64,000 bases of DNA from a bacterium. Lineage in GTDB: Bacteria; UBA8248. The stretch spans positions 2,056,812 through 2,120,811 of the forward strand of contig OZ241875.1 in the NCBI GenBank assembly GCA_965203325.1. The letters are read 5' to 3'. A program made the translations under genes and the position numbers. The notes beneath the pieces were generated by a model. The model was not told the DNA's origin. It searched no databases and was given only the letters and a program-made list of their open reading frames with translations. Positions 16,940 to 25,923 of the stretch are shown here, piece after piece. Every line of letters starts with the position of its first letter. The first letter of the stretch is position 1.

Positions 16940-19900
16940 CTACCAGCGCTTCGAGCCGCGCAGCAGGAGGCCGCCTTCGGGTCTCCCGCCGCCGGCCTGT
17001 TCGGTGAGGCTCGCCTCGAGGCTCACCTCCGTGGCCGCCCCGGGCTTCCACCGCGCGCCCGCGCGCCAGGTCTCCCCGTTCCCCGAGACCGCCACGCCCG
17101 TATAGGGCGTCAGCAGCCCCCGGGGGGCGTCCAGGCCCCAGGCCGCCTCGGCCTCGAAGCCCGCACCGCCCGGCTCGAACGCACCGCCCGTCGAGAGGCC
17201 CGCCGCCTGCGACCAGAGCCGCTCCGCACCGCCGGCGGAGGCGCCCCACGAGGAGCCCGCCCGAAGCGTGAGGCCCCGTCCCCCGGAGCCGGGGGCGTAC
17301 GCCACCGAGGCGCTCACGCCCCATTCCTCATAACCGCTCTCGCCGTGGGAGAGCAGGCCGCGCGCGCGCACCTCCGTCGTCAGGGCGCCCGAGGTCCAGC
17401 GCAGGCCGCCGCCGGCCTCCACCCCGCCGCCCGTCTCCGCGTCGCCCGAATCGTTCCGGAACCCTATCTCCAGCGAGGGCGTCAGCACCGCATCGCCGAA
17501 CCTGAGCGAGCGCGAACCCTCCAGCACGAGGCGCACGCGGCTCGTCTCCGCCTCCGTCTCCGCCAGGCCCGCCGCGGCGTCCGAGCGCGTGTTCGTCACC
17601 AGGACGTCCGCGCGGAGCGCGAGCTCGAACCCGCCCGCCTCGCGCGCGGGCAGAACGACCCCGCGCGCCCCCGCCGCCGCCATGCCCATCGCCACGTCGG
17701 CCTCCAGCGGGGACGACCCCCCGGGCGTGAGCGTCATCTCCCCCTGCCCGTGGCCCACAGCGCCCCAGAGCGAGAACGTCCCGCTCACACGGTAGCGCGC
17801 GTAGGGGTAGACACCCGTAAGCGTGCTCTCCACCTCGCCCGCGCAGCCCGCGTCGCACGCGCCGCCCGCCTTGTACGAGCCGTCGCCCGCGCTTCGCGAG
17901 AGCGCCACGCCCACCAGCCAGCGCGCCCGCTCGTAGTCGAAGCCCACGGTCGCCGTCGTCACGTCGCCATCCAGCGAGAGATCGCCCTCGGCGCCCTCGA
18001 ACGAGGAGCGCGCGCCCCGGCCCCACAGCGACCAGCGCGAGCCGGCGTCCACCTTCTCCGCCGAGGCCATATGAAACGAACTCGCGAGGAGGAGATCGGA
18101 CATCGCGACCTCGCGCACCGAAGGCGCCTGCGCCTCTTCGCCGCGCCCGAGCCGGGCCTCCCTCTCCTTGAGGAGAGCCTCGGCGAGGCGCGACTCGATG
18201 GCCTCGCGCTCCGGCCCGCCCGTGAGGCTGTGGCCGCCCAGCACGACGCCCGCGGCGCCGCCGCCCGAAAGGCGTCCGTCAATCGCCCCGGCGACGTGGC
18301 CCGCCGCCGTGCGCCCGAAGCGCGACAGCCACATCCTTTGCAGCGGGTCGTCGTTGCGGATGACGCCCTTCGCCTTGCTGTGGACGCCCCGGAGATACGC
18401 CCCCTGCGGGTTCGAGAGCAGAAGCCGCATCGTCTCCTTGCCCTCGTCGATGGCGTCGTCGAGCACCGGCACCGAGACCGTCTTCGCCGTTTCGCCGGCC
18501 GCGAAGACGAGCGTGCCCGACGTGGCCGTGTAGTCCGCACCCGCCGCCGCCGTGCCGTCCTCGGTCGCGTAGTCCACCGAGACCGCGTGCGCCGCCGCGC
18601 GGTTGAGCGTCACCGCGAAGTCCAGGCTCGCGTCCTTGCCTTCCTTCGCCCTGGCGCCCTCGATGCGGATGCGCACCGGGCCGCCCACGGTCGCGGTCGT
18701 CGTGTTCGTGAGCGCCCGTCCGTCGGCCGTGCAGATCGCGCCCGCAACGGCGCAGTCCACCGGCTGGAGCAGCGTGATCGTCACGTCCTTCCAGGCGTTG
18801 GCCGCCTTCGGCGTCACGGTCACGGTGTACCGCGTGCCGGACCCGCTGACGCTGGCTTTCCCCGGCGCCACCTTGAAGGAGGCCGCCACCGGCAGATTGC
18901 CGGCGCCCGGCGCCTCGCTCAGCGTCAGGTCGAAGGTGAACGCCGTGCCGTCGTGCTCCGAGGGGACATTCTCGAACGCCGCCGTCAGCGGCTCCGTGCG
19001 CTGCTGCTGCTGTTGCTGCGCTTGCTGTTGCTGCTGCGCCGCCTGCCGCGTCACCGTGACCTCGTAGGTCTTCTCCACGCCCGTCCCCGCCGTGGTCTTC
19101 ACCACCAGAACGTTGGCGCCGACCGCGAGCGCGACCGCAGGACCGGACTGGCCGCTCCGCACACGGGTCAGCTCCGTTCCGCTGCCCGCCCTGAGCGTCA
19201 GGTCCTCGTCCGCCGTCGCCGGCACAAGCCGCGCATGCGTCGTCCCGTGCGGCACCGTCACCGCATACGCCGTCGTCTCCGCCGCGAACGCGCCGAGGTC
19301 CAGCTTCGCCCACGGCCCGCCGGCGCTCGCCGCGCCCTCGACCGACAGCCCGTCCAGATGCGCCTCGTCGTTCAGGATCTGGACCCGAGCCCGGCCGTAA
19401 CCCGGCGCGATGGTGGCGCCGGCCGGCAAACTCAGCTGGAACCAGAAGAACTCTCCGCTGTCCTCCACGCTGTCGTCGAGGATCGGAATGTTCACCGTCT
19501 TGCGCGTCTCGCCCACTTCAATTCGAACTTCCCGGAGGAGAACTCCCGTATAGTCCGATCCCGCCGTCGCCGTGCCGTCGGCTGTTCCGTAGAACACCGC
19601 CACGGCCTCCGTTGCCGCGCGGCTGAGCCACACCGTGACGGGCACATTGCTTGCCTGGCCGTTGCCCGCCTCGCGCCCGATTGCGGGCCACGCGCCCACC
19701 TGCACCGCGCCGCCGTCGTCGGTCACGGTGACGAACACGCCCTCGGCCGCGTCCGGACTCGCGTAGTCGGTGTCCGTGCTCGAGAACAGCGGCAGGATCA
19801 TCAGGTGCTCCTGGTCGCCGTCGTCGTCCTGCACCCCGGTGACCGTCACCGTCTGGGCCTGACTCCAGTTGGTCGACGTGAAGGTCAGCGTCGCCGGGCT

Positions 19901-21109
19901 CACCGTGGCGGCGTTCGCGTCGCCGTGCACTCCCTGCAGGCCGGATTTCACCAGGTTCACGGTCACGTTCGCCGTGGGCTGTTTGGTCAGCTTTACCCCG
20001 ATGGTGGCGGAGCCGCCCTCCGGGACGATCAGATCGTTCCGTCCCGTTTCGGAACTGGGCACGAAGCTGGCGCTCTCGATTTCCACGCCGGTCCACGGCC
20101 TCGCGGTCAGGCGGAGCTGGACCCGCTGGCCGGCGGTCCAGGTGAGACCTGTATTGGTCCACTCCGTTGCTAGATTAGTGAGGTAGTTCCCCTTCGCGAG
20201 AGGAAACGACTTCCCGTCGACATACAGCGTCAGCCTTCGCCAATGCCCGGTGGCCTGTCTTATCGCTGTCCCATATTCCAGACTCAGTTCCACGTTTGCG
20301 TCAGAAGCATCAATGTAGAGCCGTTCGACCGTATTCGCAGTTCCCTCATGCGTAAAGCTGTTGGTCGTCAGCGCAGCACTGCAGTTGGGCACAGGAGCGT
20401 ACGTGTCATCGCAACCGAAGTAAGGCGCGGTTCCGCCCACCGTCAGCGTGGCGGTCCAGATGGTCTGCTCGTTTTTCGATGCGACATCCGACGTCTTATC
20501 GAGGGGCCTCCACGTCGGTTCGGCCGTTGTCTCCGGCGCGGGCTTCGTGCCCTGTGTCGTGATCTGTGATATGTCCGACCATGGGCTGGCGACGCCGCCG
20601 ATCGTGGCGCGCAGCCGCACGTCGTACGAGGTGCCGGGCTTCAGGCCCGTTATGCTCGCGGTTTTCTCCGTCATGTCCAGCACGCGTTGGTTGTGCCCGA
20701 GCCGCACATGTTCCACCCAGCCCAGCGCCGGGTCGGCGCCGTTGAAGGACGCCCGGTCGGGGGCGCCCGTTTCCTTGTACTGCAGCTCGAAGGTGTCGCC
20801 GGACGCACCGTACCACCATACGTCCAGACCTTCGGGGGTCGCAAACAACGTCGGTGCCTGCGGGGTCGGGGTCTGCGCCTCGGCGGGCGCGGGGGCGAAC
20901 AGCGAGAGCGCGCCGAGCAGCAGGGCGAGGACGGGAAGAAGGGAGAGGCGGCGGGCGCGGGCGCGCCCGGTGCGGGCGTCAGGCCGTCGGGAGCACGCCG
21001 AGGTCGGGGAAGCAGGCGTGCGCGCCCCGGCCGGGCGCACTTCACGCCGCCGGCCCGCGCTGCAGAACGCCGCCGCGAGCAGCATCGAAATCCGTGCAAT
21101 GTTCTTCAT
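16940..21109 (-). CDS. autotransporter outer-membrane protein with Calx-beta passenger domains
   Basis: Start taken at MKNIARISMLL. Cleavable-looking region LLPVLALLLGALSLFAPAPAEAQ. Calx-beta blocks (GTADGTATAGSDYTGV..ILDDSVEDSGEFF; ATEDGTAAAGADYTATSGTLVFAAGETAKTVSVPVLDDAIDEGKETM). Poly-Q linker. C-terminal beta-barrel-like ~280 aa ending ..LLLRGSKRW. Confidence 0.9.
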   Translation of the reverse strand: MKNIARISMLLAAAFCSAGRRREVRPAGARTPASPTSACSRRPDARTGRARARRLSLLPVLALLLGALSLFAPAPAEAQTPTPQAPTLFATPEGLDVWWYGASGDTFELQYKETGAPDRASFNGADPALGWVEHVRLGHNQRVLDMTEKTASITGLKPGTSYDVRLRATIGGVASPWSDISQITTQGTKPAPETTAEPTWRPLDKTSDVASKNEQTIWTATLTVGGTAPYFGCDDTYAPVPNCSAALTTNSFTHEGTANTVERLYIDASDANVELSLEYGTAIRQATGHWRRLTLYVDGKSFPLAKGNYLTNLATEWTNTGLTWTAGQRVQLRLTARPWTGVEIESASFVPSSETGRNDLIVPEGGSATIGVKLTKQPTANVTVNLVKSGLQGVHGDANAATVSPATLTFTSTNWSQAQTVTVTGVQDDDGDQEHLMILPLFSSTDTDYASPDAAEGVFVTVTDDGGAVQVGAWPAIGREAGNGQASNVPVTVWLSRAATEAVAVFYGTADGTATAGSDYTGVLLREVRIEVGETRKTVNIPILDDSVEDSGEFFWFQLSLPAGATIAPGYGRARVQILNDEAHLDGLSVEGAASAGGPWAKLDLGAFAAETTAYAVTVPHGTTHARLVPATADEDLTLRAGSGTELTRVRSGQSGPAVALAVGANVLVVKTTAGTGVEKTYEVTVTRQAAQQQQQAQQQQQQRTEPLTAAFENVPSEHDGTAFTFDLTLSEAPGAGNLPVAASFKVAPGKASVSGSGTRYTVTVTPKAANAWKDVTITLLQPVDCAVAGAICTADGRALTNTTTATVGGPVRIRIEGARAKEGKDASLDFAVTLNRAAAHAVSVDYATEDGTAAAGADYTATSGTLVFAAGETAKTVSVPVLDDAIDEGKETMRLLLSNPQGAYLRGVHSKAKGVIRNDDPLQRMWLSRFGRTAAGHVAGAIDGRLSGGGAAGVVLGGHSLTGGPEREAIESRLAEALLKEREARLGRGEEAQAPSVREVAMSDLLLASSFHMASAEKVDAGSRWSLWGRGARSSFEGAEGDLSLDGDVTTATVGFDYERARWLVGVALSRSAGDGSYKAGGACDAGCAGEVESTLTGVYPYARYRVSGTFSLWGAVGHGQGEMTLTPGGSSPLEADVAMGMAAAGARGVVLPAREAGGFELALRADVLVTNTRSDAAAGLAETEAETSRVRLVLEGSRSLRFGDAVLTPSLEIGFRNDSGDAETGGGVEAGGGLRWTSGALTTEVRARGLLSHGESGYEEWGVSASVAYAPGSGGRGLTLRAGSSWGASAGGAERLWSQAAGLSTGGAFEPGGAGFEAEAAWGLDAPRGLLTPYTGVAVSGNGETWRAGARWKPGAATEVSLEASLTEQAGGGRPEGGLLLRGSKRW

Positions 21110-21213
21110 TTGAAATGCCCCCTGTTCCGTGATTTCGGGTTCAAGCTGACGCAGCCGGTCTTTCCGCGAGAGGCGGATTCCTGCGGTATGCGCCACCTCG
21201 AACCCGGGCTGGT

Positions 21214-21416
21214 GTCCGCTAATTGACGTTATCGGAAAGTTAAACACCTCTCACGGCCATGTCAAGCGCAATTCCGGGGTCCCCGGAGGGGTTTCGGGCG
21301 CCGTTTTGCGTCTTTTTTCGCTCATGTTTCGCTCATTTGCGGCCCGAATGCGCCCCAAATCGGGTTTTTCGGCGGAAAACGGGGTTTCTGGGGGCCGATA
21401 ACGTCAATTATCGGAC
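21214..21416. other. candidate invertible DNA segment (159 bp core flanked by 22-bp inverted repeats)
   Basis: IRL gtccgctaattgacgttatcgg (21214-21235). IRR ccgataacgtcaattatcggac (21395-21416). Its reverse complement matches IRL at 21/22 positions. Each repeat is itself CCGATAA-N6-TTATCGG. Confidence 0.6.
21238..21265 (-). promoter_or_regulatory. sigma70-like promoter inside the invertible segment, currently facing the autotransporter gene
   Basis: On the minus strand: TTGACA (21265-21260), a 16-nt spacer ending in TGt, then TTAACT (21243-21238). It directly abuts IRL. Confidence 0.45.
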
Positions 21417-21530
21417 TTCAGAAACCCGCCGTTTCGCCGGTATTAGCCTGCGAAACGGCTTTTTTTTGTGGAAATTCCCCGTCGTCGTCTATACTTGGTA
21501 ATCGAGGAGGCCCTGAAGCGGCCTCAGGGA

Positions 21531-22403
21531 ATGGAAACGGCCGCCGACCTGGCGAAGGCGTCGATGTCTGAGAACACGTGGCGGGCGTACGAGGCGGCGC
21601 TCAGGGGGTTCGAGCGCTCGGGAAACCCCGAGACCGACGCCGGGATAGCGGCGTACCTGGGGGATCTCTACGAGGGGGGGCACTCGGCGGCCGTGGCCGC
21701 GATGGCGGTCGCGGCGCTTCGCTTCCGGGCGAAGCTGAACGACCGGCCCTCCCCGGTGGGGGCGGCCTCGGAGCGGGTGCTGGCCGGCTTCAGGCGCCTG
21801 GCCGCAGAGCGCGGCCGGGGCCAGGTGGTGGGGGTGCGCTGGGAGCAGGCGGACCGGGCGGCGGCGCTGGCCGAGGGGACGGGGACCCTGGCCGGTCTGC
21901 GCGACGCGGCGATCGTTGCGGTGGCGAGCGACGCCCTGCTCCGGGTGTCGGAGGTCGAGGCGCTCGACATCGCCGACGTGGACCTGGACGAGCAGACGGT
22001 GCTGATCCGCCGCTCGAAGACGGACCAGGAGGCCGAGGGCGTCGTGCAGTTTCTGGGCGAGCCGACGGTGGCGCGCGTCGGGGCCTGGCTGGCGCGCGCG
22101 GGTCTCGAGGAGGGAGCGCTCTTCCGGGGCGTGTACAAGGGGGGACGGCTTCGGCCCGGGCGCCTGACGGAGAGGAGCATCCGGAGCATCATCGCGCGGT
22201 GGGGGAAGGCCGCGGGCGTGGAGGGGCGCGTGAGCGGGCACAGCCTGCGCGTGGGGGGCGCGCAGAGCCTGGCCACGGCGGGGGCGTCCCTGGTCGAGAT
22301 GCAGATTGCCGGGCGCTGGCAGTCGCCGGTCATGCCGGGGCGCTACGCGCAGGGCCAGCTCGCGAAACAGGGCGCGATGGCGAGGCTGCGCTACGGCCTG
22401 TGA
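21531..22403 (+). CDS. tyrosine recombinase (Cre/XerD-like)
   Basis: N-terminal SENTWRAYEAALRGFERS. Catalytic landmarks ..LLRVSEVEAL..D, GHSLRVGGAQSLA, GRWQSPVMPGRY. Start at METAADL is uncertain. Confidence 0.9.
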   Translation: METAADLAKASMSENTWRAYEAALRGFERSGNPETDAGIAAYLGDLYEGGHSAAVAAMAVAALRFRAKLNDRPSPVGAASERVLAGFRRLAAERGRGQVVGVRWEQADRAAALAEGTGTLAGLRDAAIVAVASDALLRVSEVEALDIADVDLDEQTVLIRRSKTDQEAEGVVQFLGEPTVARVGAWLARAGLEEGALFRGVYKGGRLRPGRLTERSIRSIIARWGKAAGVEGRVSGHSLRVGGAQSLATAGASLVEMQIAGRWQSPVMPGRYAQGQLAKQGAMARLRYGL

Positions 22404-22491
22404 GGTCCGCCCGGCGTTTCGTCGTGAGCATGTCCTTCGCTGCGGGCAGGTCCGCCGCGTGCGGGACGCCCGTTTTCTCCCGGAAATCTCC

Positions 22492-23211
22492 CTACCGCCT
22501 CTTCCTCCTCCGGGCGGCTCTCTCCTCGGACGTGGAAGTCCACCTCCGGGCGGAGGCCCACTTCTCGAGGTCTTCGAGCAGGTAGCGCACCCGGTATCCG
22601 GTGCGAAGAAAATCCGGCCCCTCTCCGCTCACGCGGTAGCGCTCGAGCGTCTTGGGCGAGAGGCCGAGCCAGGCGGCCGCCTCCCGCGTGTCCAGATGGT
22701 TCTCCTCAGCGAGTTCATCGGCGTCTCCCGCGGCCCCGGGTTCCACGGCGGCGTCCCACGTCCCGTCGAACGGATCGGGCAAGTCCGCGAGCCTCTCTCG
22801 TATGGCGCGGATCTCCTCTCGGGTCGCGTTGGCCGCCATCCAGGCGCGCACCCGGTCGAAGGTCTTGAGATACGGCGAGGCGCCCCGGCGCAGCCTCCCC
22901 ACGAAGGAGGGATTCCCCACGGTCTCCTCGCCCAGGATCGAGACCTTGGTCCCGCTCACCGCCAGGAACGCCTCGACCTCGGCCCGCAGGAGCGGTCCCA
23001 GGGGCGGATACCCCATGAACGCCAGCACCCGGTCCGCCGTGTCGACCCGCAGGGGCCGCCCCCGGGCCTGCAGTCCCACGAAGCCGGGAATGCCCAGCGC
23101 GCCCACCCCGAAGCGCCTCGCGCTCATCCCGCGGCGCGCGCGCCAGAGCGCAATGCTCCGGCGCAGCCGCTCGTCCAGCGGGGTGCCGGTATCGTCGTCG
23201 AACGCGGTCAT
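22492..23211 (-). CDS. regulator with C-terminal MerR/excisionase-type HTH
   Basis: HLDTREAAAWLGLSPKTLERYRVSGEGPDFLRTGYRVRYLLEDLEKWA. The N-terminal half has no motif I recognise. Confidence 0.75.
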   Translation of the reverse strand: MTAFDDDTGTPLDERLRRSIALWRARRGMSARRFGVGALGIPGFVGLQARGRPLRVDTADRVLAFMGYPPLGPLLRAEVEAFLAVSGTKVSILGEETVGNPSFVGRLRRGASPYLKTFDRVRAWMAANATREEIRAIRERLADLPDPFDGTWDAAVEPGAAGDADELAEENHLDTREAAAWLGLSPKTLERYRVSGEGPDFLRTGYRVRYLLEDLEKWASARRWTSTSEERAARRRKRR

Positions 23212-23967
23212 GGCGCGCGAACATAAGGAAAGTGCGAGCGCCCGTTCAATCGTTGTTTCTAGCGCGGAAGGTACACCCGGGAAGAGTCCGTGACCGCGTC
23301 CGTGCGCGGATCGCTCACCGGTTCAGCTTGAAATCAAGAGGGTTTCCCGGAAAACGAGGGTCGCCGGAGAACGTGCAGCGGGGCGCTACGGAAAAAACCG
23401 GGAACGATGCTGCCCCCCGGCGCGCGCTCGAAAGCCTCTCTCGTTCACGCCGCGGTGGGCTGTTTCGCGAGTCGTCCCTGCGCATGACCGCGATTGGCGG
23501 TGAACGGTATCTCGAACTGCCGCTGTTCGGGAACTGCTGTTACGGCCTGGCTGAATGATTGGCGAGCGCTCACGGACGATCGCCCGCCGTGATGCGCAGG
23601 GGTTATAATGAATCCGCTTTCGTTATGATTACGGGCCTGCCAGGGAAGATTCATGGCAACCTGTTAACTAACCTTATTACAGCACCTTATAGGATAATCG
23701 AAAATGCCCGAAACTGCTCTTGTCTCTAAGACGAACAAAACCGCATTCGCCGTAGGGGCGGTTCGCGAACTGCCCCTACAAAACCCGCAAATCCTACCGA
23801 TTGCCGAAACGAGCGCGGCGTAGGGACAACCCCCTGTGGTTATCCCCCGTCGGACAGGCACGGGGGCCTGTCCCTACGCCGCCGCAATTGTTCCCTACCC
23901 GGAGCCGTTGAAAAAGCCCCCCTTGACAGGGGTTGTTGAAAAAGCCTCCATCGGGCGGAGCTCTTGT

Positions 23968-23999
23968 GTGTAGGGGCCGCATATATGCGGCCCCTACAC
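23968..23999. repeat. perfect 32-bp palindrome gtgtaggggccgcata|tatgcggcccctacac
   Basis: Read directly. Relatives at 48556-48581 and 48596-48631. Confidence 0.9.
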
Positions 24000-24123
24000 T
24001 CCCTTCGGCAAGGCGGAATCCCATTGCCGTCATTCCGGCATTGCAGGGCTTTTTCAACAACCCCTGCCCGGTGGCGATTGACCCCCCACCGGCGCAGTTG
24101 CGGACTTAGGCCCCTTGCCTTGA

Positions 24124-24252
24124 CGTATCCCATGGGATACGATTGGATTCCTGCAGCAAAAGCAGTCCCTGGTGATCCTGCTCGCCGGAGGAGATAAAAG
24201 CACTCAGGCTCGGGATATCTTTAGAGCGCGGAATCTGGCACTAGAGTTATAG
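24124..24252 (+). pseudogene. 3' remnant of an addiction-module killer (RelE/ParE-like, TIGR02683-type) gene
   Basis: Frame gives ..GFLQQKQSLVILLAGGDKSTQARDIFRARNLALEL*. This is the conserved LL.GGDK..Q..DI..A C-terminus, but only ~40 codons remain after a stop, and repeat DNA lies upstream. Confidence 0.6.
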
Positions 24253-24261
24253 GAGTTCGTG

Positions 24262-24546
24262 ATGGCGAAGACGAAAACCAGACCGTGGGATGCGGCGGAT
24301 CATCTCGAAACGAAAGAGGATATCGCTCTCTACCTCGAAGCGGCTTTCGAGGACGGCGACCCGGCGCTCATTGCGGCGGCATTGGGCGACGCCGCGCGGG
24401 CCAGGGGGATGACGAAGGTCGCCGCCGAGACCGGTCTGGGCAGGGAGAGCCTCTACAAGGCGCTCTCGCCCGAGGGGAACCCTGAGTTCGCCACCGTTCT
24501 CAAGGTCATGCGCGCCCTGGGCCTTCGGCTTCGCCCAACCGCCTGA
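24262..24546 (+). CDS. addiction-module antidote protein (HTH, TIGR02684-type)
   Basis: AGGAG sits 6 nt before the ATG. Peptide PWDAADHLETKEDIALYLEAAFEDGDPALIAAALGDAARARGMTKVAAETGLGRESLYKALSPEGNPEFATVLKVMRALGLRL. Confidence 0.85.
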   Translation: MAKTKTRPWDAADHLETKEDIALYLEAAFEDGDPALIAAALGDAARARGMTKVAAETGLGRESLYKALSPEGNPEFATVLKVMRALGLRLRPTA

Positions 24547-24779
24547 TCGCCCGCGTTCACTATCCCTGCCCGAGAAGTTCCGCCACCCTGCTCCTCCCCG
24601 TCATATGTCCCCGCCGTCTCTGAAGTCCCTGCCACCCCGCCGATCCGTAGAATCCGAAAAAAATGGTTGTATATAGCATCTTCATCATGTTATTTTTTCC
24701 CTTCTACACTAGACGCATGCCGGAGGACCTATCTTTATTTCCTGATGCCCGTGAGGGCCCACGAGGAAGGAGAATTGCG

Positions 24780-25805
24780 ATGAAAAAGCAATTGTTCACC
24801 GTACTTTGCGCGTTTGCCGCTGTGGCGGTAATCGCAAGCGCTGCGTTCGCCGCCAGCCCGACGCTGGATACGGTGAAAAAGCGCGGCAATCTCATCTGCG
24901 GCGTCAACACCGGCCTCACAGGCTTCTCGGCCCCCGACGACAAGGGCGTCTGGAGAGGGTTCGACGTCGATTACTGCCGCGGCATCAGCGCAGCGATTTT
25001 CGGGGATCCCGACAAGGTGACCTACAAGCCGCTGACGGGCAAGACGCGCTTCCCGGCGCTTCAATCGGGCGAGATCGACGTCCTCTCGCGCAACACGACC
25101 TGGACCTTCAAGCGCGACGTGAACCTCGGCTTCGAGTTCGTGGGCGTGCTGTACTACGACGGGCAGGGCTTCATCGCCCGCAAGTCCCTGAACGTCAAGA
25201 GCGCCAAGGAGCTCGGCGGCGCTTCGATCTGCATCCAGACGGGCACCACGACCGAGCTCAACCTGGCGGACTTCTTCCGCAGCAACAAGATGAAGTTCAA
25301 ATCGGTCGTCGTCGAGGACGCGGCCGAGGCGCGCCAGAACTACGCGGCCAACCGCTGCGACGCCTACACGACGGACCGCTCCGGCCTCGCCGCCCAGCGC
25401 TCCGTGCTCAAGAACCCGGCCGACCACGTGATTCTGCCCGAAATCATCTCGAAAGAGCCCCTGGGTCCCGTCGTTCGCCACGGCGACAACGTGTGGGGCG
25501 ACATCGCCCGCTGGGTGCGCAACGCGTTCATCGTGGCCGAGGAGCTCGGCATCACGTCCAAGAACGTCGACGCCATGAAGAAATCGAGCAATCCCGAGAT
25601 CAAGCGCATGCTCGGCCAGGAGGGCGACTTCGGCAGCATGCTCGGCCTCTCGAAGGACTGGGCCTACAACGTCATCAAGAGCGTGGGCAACTACTCGGAG
25701 ATCTACGAGCGCCACATCGGCCCCAAGACGGCCATCGGCCTCGCGCGCGGCTACAACCAGCTCTGGACGAAGGGCGGCATTCTCTACTCGCCTCCGTTCC
25801 GCTAA
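24780..25805 (+). CDS. aapJ: general L-amino acid ABC transporter substrate-binding protein
   Basis: Signal peptide followed by CGVNTGLTGFSAPD, RFPALQSGEIDVLSRNTTWT, YYDGQGF, ICIQTGTTTELNLADFF, ILPEIISKEPLGPVVR. Close to rhizobial AapJ / Rhodobacter BztA as I recall them. Confidence 0.9.
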   Translation: MKKQLFTVLCAFAAVAVIASAAFAASPTLDTVKKRGNLICGVNTGLTGFSAPDDKGVWRGFDVDYCRGISAAIFGDPDKVTYKPLTGKTRFPALQSGEIDVLSRNTTWTFKRDVNLGFEFVGVLYYDGQGFIARKSLNVKSAKELGGASICIQTGTTTELNLADFFRSNKMKFKSVVVEDAAEARQNYAANRCDAYTTDRSGLAAQRSVLKNPADHVILPEIISKEPLGPVVRHGDNVWGDIARWVRNAFIVAEELGITSKNVDAMKKSSNPEIKRMLGQEGDFGSMLGLSKDWAYNVIKSVGNYSEIYERHIGPKTAIGLARGYNQLWTKGGILYSPPFR

Positions 25806-25923
25806 GCCGACAGAAGATGTAAAGTAGTACCGCAACCGGCTCCGGGGAAATTCCCCGGGGCCGGGCGGCGCGTTATCAAGACATAGATACCGCACAAGAG
25901 AAGTCGCACCCCGGGAGCTCGAT

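Noticed and set aside
21110-21247. 46-codon N-terminal extension of the autotransporter ORF (MFNFPITSISGH..).
   Set aside because: It would start inside the putative invertible segment and precede the obvious signal sequence. The ATG at 21109 has a G-rich RBS.
23700-24150. Possible CRISPR array suggested by recurring palindromes in the intergenic clusters (also at 29.0-29.7 and 48.5-49.6 kb).
   Set aside because: The repeats belong to several different families. They are irregularly spaced and in mixed orientation. There are no uniform repeat-spacer units and no cas genes.
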